Shown here: piece after piece, positions 39,178 through 48,929 of the stretch
How the letters are laid out: every line of letters starts with the position of its first letter
Position numbering within the stretch: position 1 is the first letter of the stretch
NCBI GenBank assembly: GCA_965203805.1
Contig: OZ241917.1
Span: 1,728,001-1,792,000, forward strand
Reading direction: 5' to 3'
DNA length: 64,000 bases
Source: Candidatus Latescibacterota bacterium
GTDB taxonomy: Bacteria > Latescibacterota > UBA2968 > GCA-2709665
Translations under genes and position numbers: made by a program
The notes under the pieces: model-generated
Told to the model about the DNA's origin: nothing
The model's database searches: none
The model's input: only the letters and a program-made list of their open reading frames with translations

Positions 39178-40317
39178 TTACCCACTAACGTCCGTTCCCA
39201 GTCGTTCCGCGATCTGCCAAACGTAATTACTCCAACTTGCTGGAGTCCGAAAGTACCAACCTCGCACATAATCCTCAAACGGCTGATCCGCTTCCCATGA
39301 CACTGGGCCGTAAGGTGTCACATACCGAACAATATTCCAGGGCATCAGATCTTCACCAAATGGCCATATGTCTGGGTTTCCCTCGAAAATTTCACTGATC
39401 TGATAGGCAACGGTAAATTTCATCGTCCCGCCAATATCTCCGTACGGTTCCCGCTCCATTTCTGGTGTGTGACGCTGAACCGTGGCGACAAAGCGATCAT
39501 ATTCGGCGGGCGGCGCATCCGGAAAGATTTCGTCCATGTACGGCCCAATTTGCCCCTGCATTATCTTGCCCAAGCCCTTGTCGAAATCCCACAATGGTCG
39601 GTCTTGGTCACTGTTCAACTGTTCCCGTAACCGCCTCAAGACAAAATAGGCTGCTGTCGTTGCCATGCATTCCTCTATACACGTGTGCGATCCTGTTCGC
39701 GTCTGCCAATGTTCGGCAAGGATATGCAGGTATTCATGGGCGAAGTAGTGAACGGTTTGAATGTGGTTGCCGGTTAGATTCATTAGAATGACATGGTTGC
39801 CGCCGTTTTGCCGTTCAAACTTCAGGCCCGTCTGTCTGTTGTGATGTCGTACCGTAATATTTGAGGCAATAGGCGCGGCGAAATAGTTATTGAACAGGTC
39901 ACGTGTTCGGCCCATAACCGCGCTTAGCGTTCTTGTGTCATATATCCACCTGCTATCGTACGACTGCTCAACGCCAATAGACGCTATGGCATTGACGGAA
40001 CCAAGAAAGGGATACGGTATCCCTGACAAACACCTGTTCGGCAACCGTCACCGTATCCTGAATGGTTACCGTATCGCGGACGGTCAGCGTCTTCTCAACA
40101 ATAACGGTATCCGGCCCGGCGTTCGGATCGAACGTACCCCGTCCGTCTTGCCGAAGTTCTGTGACATCAGAACAAAGTCCGCGAAATTCACCTGGTCGTC
40201 ACCGTTCAGATCGCCCGTCAAGCGTTCTGAGGCGAACAGAGGCGCGATCGCAAACAGAACCTATACCAGAACGAAACAAGCCAAGGGGGGCGAGCTCGTG
40301 TCGTTCGACTTGACCAT
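39178..40317 (-). pseudogene. Disrupted secreted zinc metallopeptidase-like gene with dockerin/EF-hand-like tag
   Basis: Signal-like segment with in-frame TAG (40261-40263), GDLNGDDQVNFADFVLMSQNFG, DTV repeats, then FAHEYLH...IEE; two frame changes near 40138 and 40005. Confidence 0.65.
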
Positions 40318-40486
40318 CAAGGAAGAGTGATTCGACCGTCAAATTGGCTCACTCGTTCATTTCGACCAATTTCGTCGTGGTTTTGCATTGCGAAGCCGCG
40401 ATAGAAAGAAAAGATGTTGTTTTTTGACTGAAACCGATTAAACTGAACAAAAACAACCTACATCGAGTTTCAGTGAGCAAAACCCA

Positions 40487-41080
40487 ATGCGCATCGTAAA
40501 GATCGAATATCTTGTCTGTGAAGGTCGTTTCGCGAAGTCGAACCAATGGAATCGTATTCTTCAGGAAATTGAAAAAGCAATTGGAGATGTCGTATGGCCG
40601 CCCGGCAACACATCCTTCATAATTCACCCCTCAAAGGGTCGCGGTCGAGGAGAGGGAAATGGCGTCAAGCCAATTAAGGATGCCTGTATGCTGTCCCTGC
40701 AGGAATCTGGGTGGGATACCAACGACCGAAAAAATCCGTTGCGACTTGACGCGGTAAAGCCGTTGCCTGATGGACGGATATTTGGCCTTGAATGGGAAAC
40801 CGGGAACATCTCATCAAGCCATCGGGCCATAAACCGCATCCTACTCGGTCACATGCACTATGATCTGATTGGAGGTGTATTGGTTGTACCCAGCAAGAAT
40901 CTCTACCAGTATTTGACTGACCGAGTTGGAAACTATCCGGAGTTGGAACCGTATTTTGACGTTTGGAGCACCTACCCGCTTGACGAAGGTATTTTGGCCA
41001 TTATCGTTGTAGAACAAGATGGTACCAGTAGTCGTGTTCCCCGCATCAAAAAAGGAACGGACGGAAGAGCGATGATCTGA
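40487..41080 (+). CDS. Type II restriction endonuclease, BamHI family
   Basis: GNGVKPIK, LDAVK, LEWETGNISSSHRAINR, YLTDRVGNYPELEPYF match recalled BamHI motifs. Confidence 0.88.
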   Translation: MRIVKIEYLVCEGRFAKSNQWNRILQEIEKAIGDVVWPPGNTSFIIHPSKGRGRGEGNGVKPIKDACMLSLQESGWDTNDRKNPLRLDAVKPLPDGRIFGLEWETGNISSSHRAINRILLGHMHYDLIGGVLVVPSKNLYQYLTDRVGNYPELEPYFDVWSTYPLDEGILAIIVVEQDGTSSRVPRIKKGTDGRAMI

Positions 41081-41097
41081 ATGTTCAATCCTCAGAC

Positions 41098-42108
41098 TTA
41101 CCCATCACTCGGAGGTAACGCCAACTCCTGCTGTGATCTCGCCTTCGACCGTTTCTTGCCGCCATTGCCATTGCCTCGAGCAGACTCCCACCCCACATCC
41201 TCACCTTTGTGGAAATCCACCAGGCGCTGAATTATCGGCGTAACGTCACCCAGTTCAATTCCGATCCACCTCCGTCCCAATTTCTCTGCAGCATAATATG
41301 TCGTACCGGATCCGCCGAAAGGGTCCAATACGATCTCATCGCTATTTGTAGACATCGCAATGACGCGCTCAAGCATAATAGGTGCAAGTTCGTTTCGCTT
41401 TAGTTTTCTCACTTTGTATTTACCGTGCCGAACTGGTGGAATGTCGTCCCAGATCTCGTCGGCCTCCGTCCAGCCGTTAACGATAGGTTGGTCAACATCC
41501 TCCCAAACTTCCTCGGGTGCGTCAAATACATCCATCAGATTGATCCCTTTGGGATTCAACCGTTTTCGATGTCCGCCGTAGTCTCTTATTTCTCCACCAC
41601 AATGACGGCAGACCTGGATTGGAACGTAGACTTTGTTAAATGTCCGTGGCTCCCCTTTGCAATAGTAGACCATGCCGTAGTGCGCGGGCGCCATCTTCTT
41701 CCCACGGGGATAGGCTTTGGGCATACGGCAGGCAATCCAATGCCGGAAATTCATCCTGTTGTTGTTTAGAAAACTGCCATAGGGGATTAACCACTTTGGC
41801 AGGTTAAAGACAAACAATGCCCCTCCCGGTACAAGAACTCGAATGCATTCAGCCAGCCAGGCATTCGACCACTCCAGGTACTCCTCTTCCTTCATTTGAT
41901 CGGTAATGTTCTTCCCATAACTCTTACCGAGATTAAACGGTGGATCGGCGAAAACGGTGTGGACACTTTCGTCTGGAAGACCCTTGAGCCACGGGAGACA
42001 GTCTCCCTGGTACAAATGTCCGAAATCTGTATGGAAAACGCGTCGTTGGCCACGTTTTTCTAGTGCATTAACACAAGTGTCTATAATCGACTCAGTTTGA
42101 GTTCTCAT
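41098..42108 (-). CDS. N4-cytosine/N6-adenine DNA methyltransferase, beta class (M.BamHI-like)
   Basis: Catalytic FADPPFN precedes SAM-binding LDPFGGSGTT. Confidence 0.92.
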   Translation of the reverse strand: MRTQTESIIDTCVNALEKRGQRRVFHTDFGHLYQGDCLPWLKGLPDESVHTVFADPPFNLGKSYGKNITDQMKEEEYLEWSNAWLAECIRVLVPGGALFVFNLPKWLIPYGSFLNNNRMNFRHWIACRMPKAYPRGKKMAPAHYGMVYYCKGEPRTFNKVYVPIQVCRHCGGEIRDYGGHRKRLNPKGINLMDVFDAPEEVWEDVDQPIVNGWTEADEIWDDIPPVRHGKYKVRKLKRNELAPIMLERVIAMSTNSDEIVLDPFGGSGTTYYAAEKLGRRWIGIELGDVTPIIQRLVDFHKGEDVGWESARGNGNGGKKRSKARSQQELALPPSDG

Positions 42109-42118
42109 AGTGAATCAC

Positions 42119-42310
42119 CTATTCCGCCAATGGCAAAACGGGTTGCCGTCTCAGGTTCGCCTTTCGCGAGAGATACTCGGTTATCGCCTCACGGACAAGC
42201 TCAGCCTTGGGTTTGTCCTCTTCGCGAGATACAGTTTCGAGATCTTCAAGCTGGGAAAGCGTCAAATAACAGTTAAACGGGATCTTTCTGTCGGAGATTC
42301 TACGTGCCAT
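42119..42310 (-). CDS. Ribbon-helix-helix (CopG-like) regulator
   Basis: 63 aa; beta strand FNCYL, helix, KAELVREAITEYL; AAGGAGAGG RBS. Confidence 0.8.
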   Translation of the reverse strand: MARRISDRKIPFNCYLTLSQLEDLETVSREEDKPKAELVREAITEYLSRKANLRRQPVLPLAE

Positions 42311-42358
42311 ATTGTCCTCTCCTTGCTAGACCTGGGGAGTTTCACGCGAGCATCTGAA

Positions 42359-42387
42359 AATATACCATATATGTTGCAATATGTCAA
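42359..42387 (-). promoter_or_regulatory. Sigma70 promoter of the RHH-MTase operon with repeated operator-like boxes
   Basis: TTGACA-17 nt-TATATT with extended TG; ATATGT at 42369 and 42379 flanking TTGCAA. Confidence 0.7.
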
Positions 42388-42501
42388 TCGGATACGATGG
42401 TTATCAATACTGGCCTAACCTGTTAATTTCATTGCATTTTTCGGATTCTATGTCTATTTTCCGTCGTTCGTTTCGCGCCCATGGTATCCCCCATTGGTGA
42501 T

Positions 42502-43878
42502 ATGACCCGAAAAACCGCCGCCGGACTGATTCTGGCCGTCCTTCTGCCGCTGATCGTCGTGCTGTATCCGGCCGACATCGGCGCCGTGCCCCGCATGGCA
42601 CTGGCCCTCTCCCTCGCCACGGTCGTGCTGTGGACCTTCGAGCCGGTCCCCCTCGAATACAGTTCATTGCTGATGATCGTCCTCTTCCCCGTCCTCGGCG
42701 TCCTCACGTTCGAAACCGCCTTCGGGCCCTTCTCGAGCAAGACCGTCTGGCTCATCTTCGCGGGCATGGCCCTCAGCCTGGGCATCACCGAAACCCCGCT
42801 GGGATCCCGGCTCTCCCGACTGGTGCTGGGACACATCCGGAGTCTGAACGGGCTCATCCTGGCGCTCCACGTCCTGGGCATGCTCTCCGCGCTTCTCATA
42901 CCTTCGGGGGTCGTACGGATCCTGATCCTCATGCCCCTCATCATCACCCTGCTCCGGACGCTGGGCGAACCGCCCGGATCGCGGGTGAGTGTCGCGCTGA
43001 TCCTCTCCCTGGTCTGTTCCACCTACTACGGCGGTACCGGTGTGCTTACGGCCTCCGTGCCGAGCCTGGTGGTTTTCGGCGTTCTGGAATCCCGGGACAT
43101 CTCCGTTTACTGGGGACAGTGGGCGCTGTATCTCTTTCCGGTCTTCTCCCTCTGCCGGGTCGCGTGCTGTTACGGGCTGATCCGCCTGTTATTGCCACTT
43201 GGACGTGAGTCGGGTTTCCAGATTGCACTCGACGACGCCGGCGATATCCCCGATCGCGTCACGCCTGCAGAGAAGAAAACCCTTTGCATCCTGCTCGCGG
43301 GCGTACTGCTGTGGGCGACCGATGCGATTCACGGCATCCATCCGGCCTACGTGGGCCTCGGACTGGTTCTGTTCTGTTATCTTCCCGGATTGGGACCCCT
43401 GCATCCGGACCTGCTGAAAAAGATCAACTTTCCTCTGCTCATCTACATCGCCGCCGCGTTCTCCGTCGGCCATGCCCTCGAAACCACCGGTTTCAGCCCC
43501 CTGCTTGCCAATCTGTTTACGGAGTGGCTGAGTCGGGTCGACGACAGTCTGCTGGTCCAACTCGGTCTGCTCTCAGCCTTCATCCTGCCCTTCAATTTTC
43601 TGGCGGACACGGCCGCGGTTGCCGCCATCCTCACCCCGGTGCTCCTGGACGTCGCCGCTCAGACCGGCATGGCGCCGCTTCCCGCCGCGCTCTGCATGGC
43701 CATCGTCGCCAGTTGCGGCTTCTTTCCGTACCAGGCGGCGCCGTTCATCCTGGCCTACAGCTTTCGCTACGTACATATGGGCCAGTTTATCCGGCTCATG
43801 GTTCTCCTCGCGCTGGTCTCCCTCCTGGTTCTCATCCCGCTCAACTTCCTTTATTGGCGGCTTTTGGGGCTGATCTGA
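42502..43878 (+). CDS. SLC13/DASS family anion transporter
   Basis: LWTFEPVP, FSSKTVWLIFAG, IPSGVVR, LWATDAIHGI; many transmembrane helices. Confidence 0.85.
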   Translation: MTRKTAAGLILAVLLPLIVVLYPADIGAVPRMALALSLATVVLWTFEPVPLEYSSLLMIVLFPVLGVLTFETAFGPFSSKTVWLIFAGMALSLGITETPLGSRLSRLVLGHIRSLNGLILALHVLGMLSALLIPSGVVRILILMPLIITLLRTLGEPPGSRVSVALILSLVCSTYYGGTGVLTASVPSLVVFGVLESRDISVYWGQWALYLFPVFSLCRVACCYGLIRLLLPLGRESGFQIALDDAGDIPDRVTPAEKKTLCILLAGVLLWATDAIHGIHPAYVGLGLVLFCYLPGLGPLHPDLLKKINFPLLIYIAAAFSVGHALETTGFSPLLANLFTEWLSRVDDSLLVQLGLLSAFILPFNFLADTAAVAAILTPVLLDVAAQTGMAPLPAALCMAIVASCGFFPYQAAPFILAYSFRYVHMGQFIRLMVLLALVSLLVLIPLNFLYWRLLGLI

Positions 43879-43947
43879 AAGCCAGGTTGAAAACGACGTC
43901 TCGTGCGGCCCCGGAACTGCCGAAACCGGCCGAATTTCCATTACCGC

Positions 43948-43976
43948 TTGACAAGACCGGAATCTTCGGGTACTAT
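43948..43976 (+). promoter_or_regulatory. Sigma70 promoter
   Basis: TTGACA-17 nt-TACTAT. Confidence 0.65.
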
Positions 43977-44022
43977 CGGGGTTCCGTCTGCAGTCATGTC
44001 AATTTCCCATGGAGAAATCCTG

Positions 44023-45639
44023 ATGAATGCACTGCAAATCAATGGCGACACGGCACTGGCCTGGGGCGCGATCGAGGCAGGCGTCAGTTGCGTGACCGGA
44101 TATCCCGGTTCGCCGGGTACAGGCACCTTTTCCGCGCTCGCAGACACCGCAGGCGAATACGGCCACGATGCCGAATGGTGTCTGAACGAACGCATCGCAC
44201 TCGACGTTGCCGCGGGCGTCTCCCAGGGCGGCCGCCGCGTGCTCGTGTGCATGAAGAGCGTGGGTATGAACGTGGCGCTGGACACCCTCATGGTTCTGAA
44301 CATGACCGGCGTACACGCCGGTCTGGTCATCCTGATGGGCGACGATCCCGGGGCGTGGGGGTCACAGAATGAGCAGGACGGCCGTTTCTTCGCCCCCCTC
44401 GCCGAAGTCCCCATGCTCGAGCCCGCGACGCCGGAGGAGGGCCGGCGCATGATGCGCTGGGCTTTCGACTTCTCGGAATCGTTCCGGACGGTCGTCATCC
44501 TTCGCATCACGCGGAGCTTCAGCGTGTGCCAGGACGAACAGCCGCCCGTCCGCAGGCCCGCTGCCAGGCCGACGCGGGCGCCCGACAGGGAACCGATGCG
44601 CTGGATTTCGTCCCTGTCCAACTGTATACCCAATCACGTCAGGCTCCATCGAAAACTGCAGGAAATCTCGGAGTCGTTCGAGCGTGTGCCCTTCAACCGA
44701 ATCGAGGGCGCCGGAGACCTCGGCGTCATCGCGTCCGGATTCGTCCACCGCAAACTTCAGGACGCGCTGGAAGGCGCGGATTCCTCGAGACTCGCATGCC
44801 TGAAACTCGGCTCTCTCTACCCGCTGCCGGGAAGCCTGATTTTGGATTTTCTCAATCAGTGCAGTCAGGTGCTGGTACTCGAAGAAGTGGACCCGTATCT
44901 CGAAGACAGCGTCAAGACCATTGGATACGACGCTGGCGTCACCCCGAAAGTTATCGGCAAACGCAGCGGTCATGTCCCGGGAGAAGGTGAACTCTTCCGA
45001 TGGCAGATGCAGAACGCGTTGAAGGCGCATCTGCCGGACCTTGCGCCATCGCGCGTTTACACCGAGGCGGGCTGGCAGGAAGAAAAGCCGTACCGGAAGT
45101 CACACTGCGCCGGCTGCCCCTACAATGACATCCTCGCCGCATTGCGCGAAGAGGCGGCCGCGCTGGACCAGAATCCATTCCTCACCGCCGATCCGGGTTG
45201 CGTCGTGATAGCGGCGCGTCACCTCGACACCAAGCTGTGTATGGGATCCGCCATTGGCGCAGCCGTAGGTCTAAGGAAGGCCGGGGTGCGGGAACGCGTT
45301 GTCGCCATCACCGGGGACTCGGCTTTCTACCATAGCAGCATCAACGCTTTGATCCACGCCAGATCAGTCGGCGCCGACGTGCTCCTGGTGGTGCTCGACA
45401 ACGCCGGTTCACTCACGACCGGCGGCCAACCCACGCCCGATCGAGGCGTCCCGGTCGACGGAAACCCCGGACCGGTTGTCGGCATCAACGACCTGGCGGC
45501 GGCATGCGGGGTCGGGTCGGTCTGGACGGTCGAAGAGGCAGATCCCGAATCTCGCATGCGCAGTATCTTCCGCGAAGCCCTGCAGACCGAAGGTCTCGGC
45601 CTGGTGACCATACGAAAGCGTTGCGAAGCGGTGGACTGA
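44023..45639 (+). CDS. iorA: Indolepyruvate ferredoxin oxidoreductase alpha-subunit-like TPP enzyme
   Basis: GYPGSPGT, NERIALD, MKSVGMNVA, DDPG..SQNEQD, CAGCP, GDSAFYHS...LDN. Confidence 0.85.
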   Translation: MNALQINGDTALAWGAIEAGVSCVTGYPGSPGTGTFSALADTAGEYGHDAEWCLNERIALDVAAGVSQGGRRVLVCMKSVGMNVALDTLMVLNMTGVHAGLVILMGDDPGAWGSQNEQDGRFFAPLAEVPMLEPATPEEGRRMMRWAFDFSESFRTVVILRITRSFSVCQDEQPPVRRPAARPTRAPDREPMRWISSLSNCIPNHVRLHRKLQEISESFERVPFNRIEGAGDLGVIASGFVHRKLQDALEGADSSRLACLKLGSLYPLPGSLILDFLNQCSQVLVLEEVDPYLEDSVKTIGYDAGVTPKVIGKRSGHVPGEGELFRWQMQNALKAHLPDLAPSRVYTEAGWQEEKPYRKSHCAGCPYNDILAALREEAAALDQNPFLTADPGCVVIAARHLDTKLCMGSAIGAAVGLRKAGVRERVVAITGDSAFYHSSINALIHARSVGADVLLVVLDNAGSLTTGGQPTPDRGVPVDGNPGPVVGINDLAAACGVGSVWTVEEADPESRMRSIFREALQTEGLGLVTIRKRCEAVD

Positions 45640-45730
45640 AGCGCTGATTTAGAATCCCCAGCGGTCTTCACGCGGCTTCAACGCAAAAAAGGGTTCATCC
45701 GGGACTTTGCGTTTCCCGAAAGAACCCTAT

Positions 45731-45834
45731 CAGCCCGTTGATAAAGTCCATCCGGGCTGCGTCCGGCCCTTGTGACCGAAATACGGCGTTGCGCTCCCTC
45801 CCCGAATCCAGGGATTCGCGTCGGTCACGCGCCT
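45731..45834 (+). repeat. MITE-like repeat family A, right-truncated copy
   Basis: Near-identical to 52185-52288. Confidence 0.85.
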
Positions 45835-45858
45835 GTCCTGACCTGCTGTGTCGTCCCT

Positions 45859-46440
45859 CTATCGGAATTCCAGAGAAGACGCGATTGAACGGTATTCATC
45901 GACGGGAAAGGCGGCGGACGTCCCGTTGCCCATCATCAGATAAGCCTTCCGCCCGTCCAACACGACAGTAACGAAGAACCGGTCCCCTCGCCGACGAAGA
46001 AACACGGTCCGGAAGACCCACTCGATGCCGTCGCGCCCCGATATCTGAAACGTGCGTTTCTCCTGAGCCCTGTACCCCAGAAACGTGGACTTGAACTCCT
46101 CTTCCAGCTCGGCGGTAACCGTCTGAAGCGTCGAATTCTCCGAAAGCGCGCGGGGCCGTAACGTCAACACCGCCTCAAATCCGCCAATCGCCTCGCGATT
46201 CATAACGACTTCGACTCTGGGCAATCCGTTCGGCTCCCGGGCCTGAAAGGACGTTTGCGCCGTCCAGCCCCAGACATCCGGGACCGTAATCCGGAATCCC
46301 CATTCATCGTTGGAGTACACACGCCCGCCGTCGGATTCGGTCGTCGGATTATTGGCGGTGTCCTCCGGGATTGGACCGCAACCGAATATCGCGGCAACGG
46401 ATACGAAGCAGAACCAGCCAATGGTACGGTGTTGGAACAT
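45859..46440 (-). CDS. Lipoprotein, PsbP/DcrB-like
   Basis: Lipobox AAIFGC; YSNDEWGFRITVPDVW; C-terminal IASSLEF. Confidence 0.65.
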   Translation of the reverse strand: MFQHRTIGWFCFVSVAAIFGCGPIPEDTANNPTTESDGGRVYSNDEWGFRITVPDVWGWTAQTSFQAREPNGLPRVEVVMNREAIGGFEAVLTLRPRALSENSTLQTVTAELEEEFKSTFLGYRAQEKRTFQISGRDGIEWVFRTVFLRRRGDRFFVTVVLDGRKAYLMMGNGTSAAFPVDEYRSIASSLEFR

Positions 46441-46658
46441 GCCGCCCGCCTTCCTCTGCGCGAAACGCATGGCTACCGCAGGGTTCTCTGTTATTTGATT
46501 CGATGTCCCGCCAGGCGGAATCCCGAACCCGTTCGGCCGACGCGTCACGACCAGGACCGTCGAGTGAATGCCAGGATACCGGACCCCGCTGTCCCGACAA
46601 TCTATGCGGCTCTCTGCAATCCTGGCCGTCATCGGCACGCGGGTCTGATCGGGACCTG

Positions 46659-47336
46659 TCAGTGCACGATGCCCAGGCGCCTCCATCGGACTTTTCCGAA
46701 CGGGTTCCAGAGGGGGGCGCTGGAATTCCAGGAAAAATAGATCAGAAGCGGATGGGCCTTCACCTTGTCGAGTGATACCGGCCCCCAGAACCTGCTGTCG
46801 TCGCTGTTGTCCCGGTTATCCCCCATCACGAACAAATATCCGGGCGGCACCGTATAAGGCCCGTAGTTGTCTCGGGTGCTGTACCGTTTTGGCTCGGTCC
46901 GCCGGTCCATGAACTTCACCCCATCGGGATTCATAAACGGTTTGCCGTCGACGTAAACCACCTTGTTTCTGATCTCGACCGTCTGCCCCCCCACGGCGAT
47001 ACATCGCTTGATGAAGTCCCTTGACTGATCCTTCGGATATTCGAAAATCACCATATCACCGGGTTTCGGAGAACGAAAACCCGGCAGCCGAAAGGAGGGC
47101 AGCTTGTAATTCAGAACGGGCAGACGATCCGGAATCTGCGTACCGAACGTCAGCTTGTCTCCGAGAACGTAGTCGCCCTCCATCAACGTGTTCTCCATGG
47201 AACCTGACGGGATGTGATAGGCCTGCACCAGCGTTGCCCGGATCAATACAGCCAGAAAAACGGCAAAAAAGATCGACTTCAGATAATCGACCAGAATTCG
47301 TCCTGGACGTGGCCGGCGGCGGCGCAGTGACTTCAT
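46659..47336 (-). CDS. lepB: Signal peptidase I
   Basis: IPSGSMENTL, FIKRC, MGDNRDNSDDSRFWG. Confidence 0.96.
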   Translation of the reverse strand: MKSLRRRRPRPGRILVDYLKSIFFAVFLAVLIRATLVQAYHIPSGSMENTLMEGDYVLGDKLTFGTQIPDRLPVLNYKLPSFRLPGFRSPKPGDMVIFEYPKDQSRDFIKRCIAVGGQTVEIRNKVVYVDGKPFMNPDGVKFMDRRTEPKRYSTRDNYGPYTVPPGYLFVMGDNRDNSDDSRFWGPVSLDKVKAHPLLIYFSWNSSAPLWNPFGKVRWRRLGIVH

Positions 47337-47443
47337 GGGTCAACCTCCAGATCGTTCCAATGCCGGAAACACGGGCGGGCAGCGTCAGTAAATCCGCATG
47401 TTTACACGCGGAAACGTGCGCCAGGTTCCGACCTGCCTCAGTG

Positions 47444-48418
47444 TCAAGCCGAGAAATACGGGACTTCGGGCCGTCCGCTTTCGGCGGACCGGTTGGCCGC
47501 AAGTGTCACGTCGAGCGAACGGACGCCGTCCTCGTAATCCGAAAGAACGGCCGACCCGTCGCCCGAACGAACGGCATCGATGAAAACCTCGTCGATATCT
47601 CCCAGATCACGCTGAACGGGGCCCGGGTCTGCCGCGGTCTGCGGATGCACGACCAGGCCATCCGGCCCGAACTCCGCCCGCATGTCATTCAGTATAAATG
47701 ACATGAGCCCGGTTCCGCCTCCATTCCGAAACGTGCACGTGGACGTCAGCGAACCGATGGCGCCCGTCTCGAACTTCAGATTGATCGCGTGCACATCCGG
47801 AATGTCCAGGTCATCCTCATCGTCCAGGGTACGCAATGCGTAGTAGGCGTGCACTTCCGACACCTCACCCACGAGATAGCGAAGCAGATCCACCTGGTGG
47901 GTGGTTTGCTCGACGATCTGTCCGCCCGATTGTGACATCACCCGCCACCACGGCGTACCCGGCAGCCCGCCCCATCTGTGAACAGCGGTCATCCCGATCG
48001 TCCGGCCCGTCAGAAACGCCTTCGCCTGCTGTGCGATGCCGGTATAGCGCAACTGATATCCCACGCAGGACAGGACGCCCGCCTCCCGCACGGCCGACAG
48101 TATTTCGAGGGCCTTCTCCATTGACGGCGCTACGGGTTTTTCCACGAAGAGATGCACGCCGCGCTGCACTGCCAGAATTTCCGCGTCGGTATGTGCAAAC
48201 GTGGGAACGCTCACATAAAGGGCGCACAGCGATTCGCTGTCCAGCATCTTCCGATGGTCGGTATACGCCTTCGCGCCGAATTCGCCGGCCACACGCTCCG
48301 CGGTTTCCGCCACCACGTCGCATATCGCCACGATTTTCACATCCTCCATCCCCCGCAAAACCCGCATATGGGATCTCGCACGACCGCCTGCGCCAACAAA
48401 CCCTACATGAATTGCCAA
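47444..48418 (-). CDS. Gfo/Idh/MocA family oxidoreductase
   Basis: GFVGAGG, FVEKP, SGGQIVEQTTHQVD. Confidence 0.9.
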   Translation of the reverse strand: MAIHVGFVGAGGRARSHMRVLRGMEDVKIVAICDVVAETAERVAGEFGAKAYTDHRKMLDSESLCALYVSVPTFAHTDAEILAVQRGVHLFVEKPVAPSMEKALEILSAVREAGVLSCVGYQLRYTGIAQQAKAFLTGRTIGMTAVHRWGGLPGTPWWRVMSQSGGQIVEQTTHQVDLLRYLVGEVSEVHAYYALRTLDDEDDLDIPDVHAINLKFETGAIGSLTSTCTFRNGGGTGLMSFILNDMRAEFGPDGLVVHPQTAADPGPVQRDLGDIDEVFIDAVRSGDGSAVLSDYEDGVRSLDVTLAANRSAESGRPEVPYFSA

Positions 48419-48503
48419 AACACCTCCCGGATGTGAGAGTGTCCAGTGTTCTTTCCCGGATACAAGTCGCCTGAATTCGGCCGTCGAGTCGCCCGGCTCG
48501 CAT

Positions 48504-48766
48504 CCTTCGACCCTTCGACAAGCTCAGGGACCGCAGGCTCAGGACCCAGCGCCGGAGCGCAGGCGACCTGGCACGGTCGATGAGCGACGGCACTTCGGCA
48601 AGCTCAGTGCAAGCAACGTCGACAGACGGGATGAATCGGCCTGCCTGCAGCGCCTGTCTGCGTGCCTGCCTGCAGCGCAGGGCACTGCGCAGGCAGGCGT
48701 ACACGCACAGGCAGGCAGGGCACTGCGCAGGCAGGCGGAAGAATGGTGAGGTATTTTTGGAACAGG
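48504..48766 (+). repeat. Composite repeat family B, copy 1, with nested REP-like palindromes
   Basis: 48559-48766 shares its backbone with 50043-50210; contains CTTCGACAAGCTCAG and CCTGCCTG..CAGGCAGG units. Confidence 0.85.
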
Positions 48767-48929
48767 GCACCGAGCCCTGAAATTACCCTGCCAGGACTTG
48801 CGCTGTCAAGCAAATTCATCATGACCGGCAACCTCACGCGCCTGCTTTTGTCTTTGAATTATTCCGTACGGATAACTAACTTACCCGCTCCAATCATACC
48901 CCAAGACCTGACGGAAGAGGGTTTATCCC

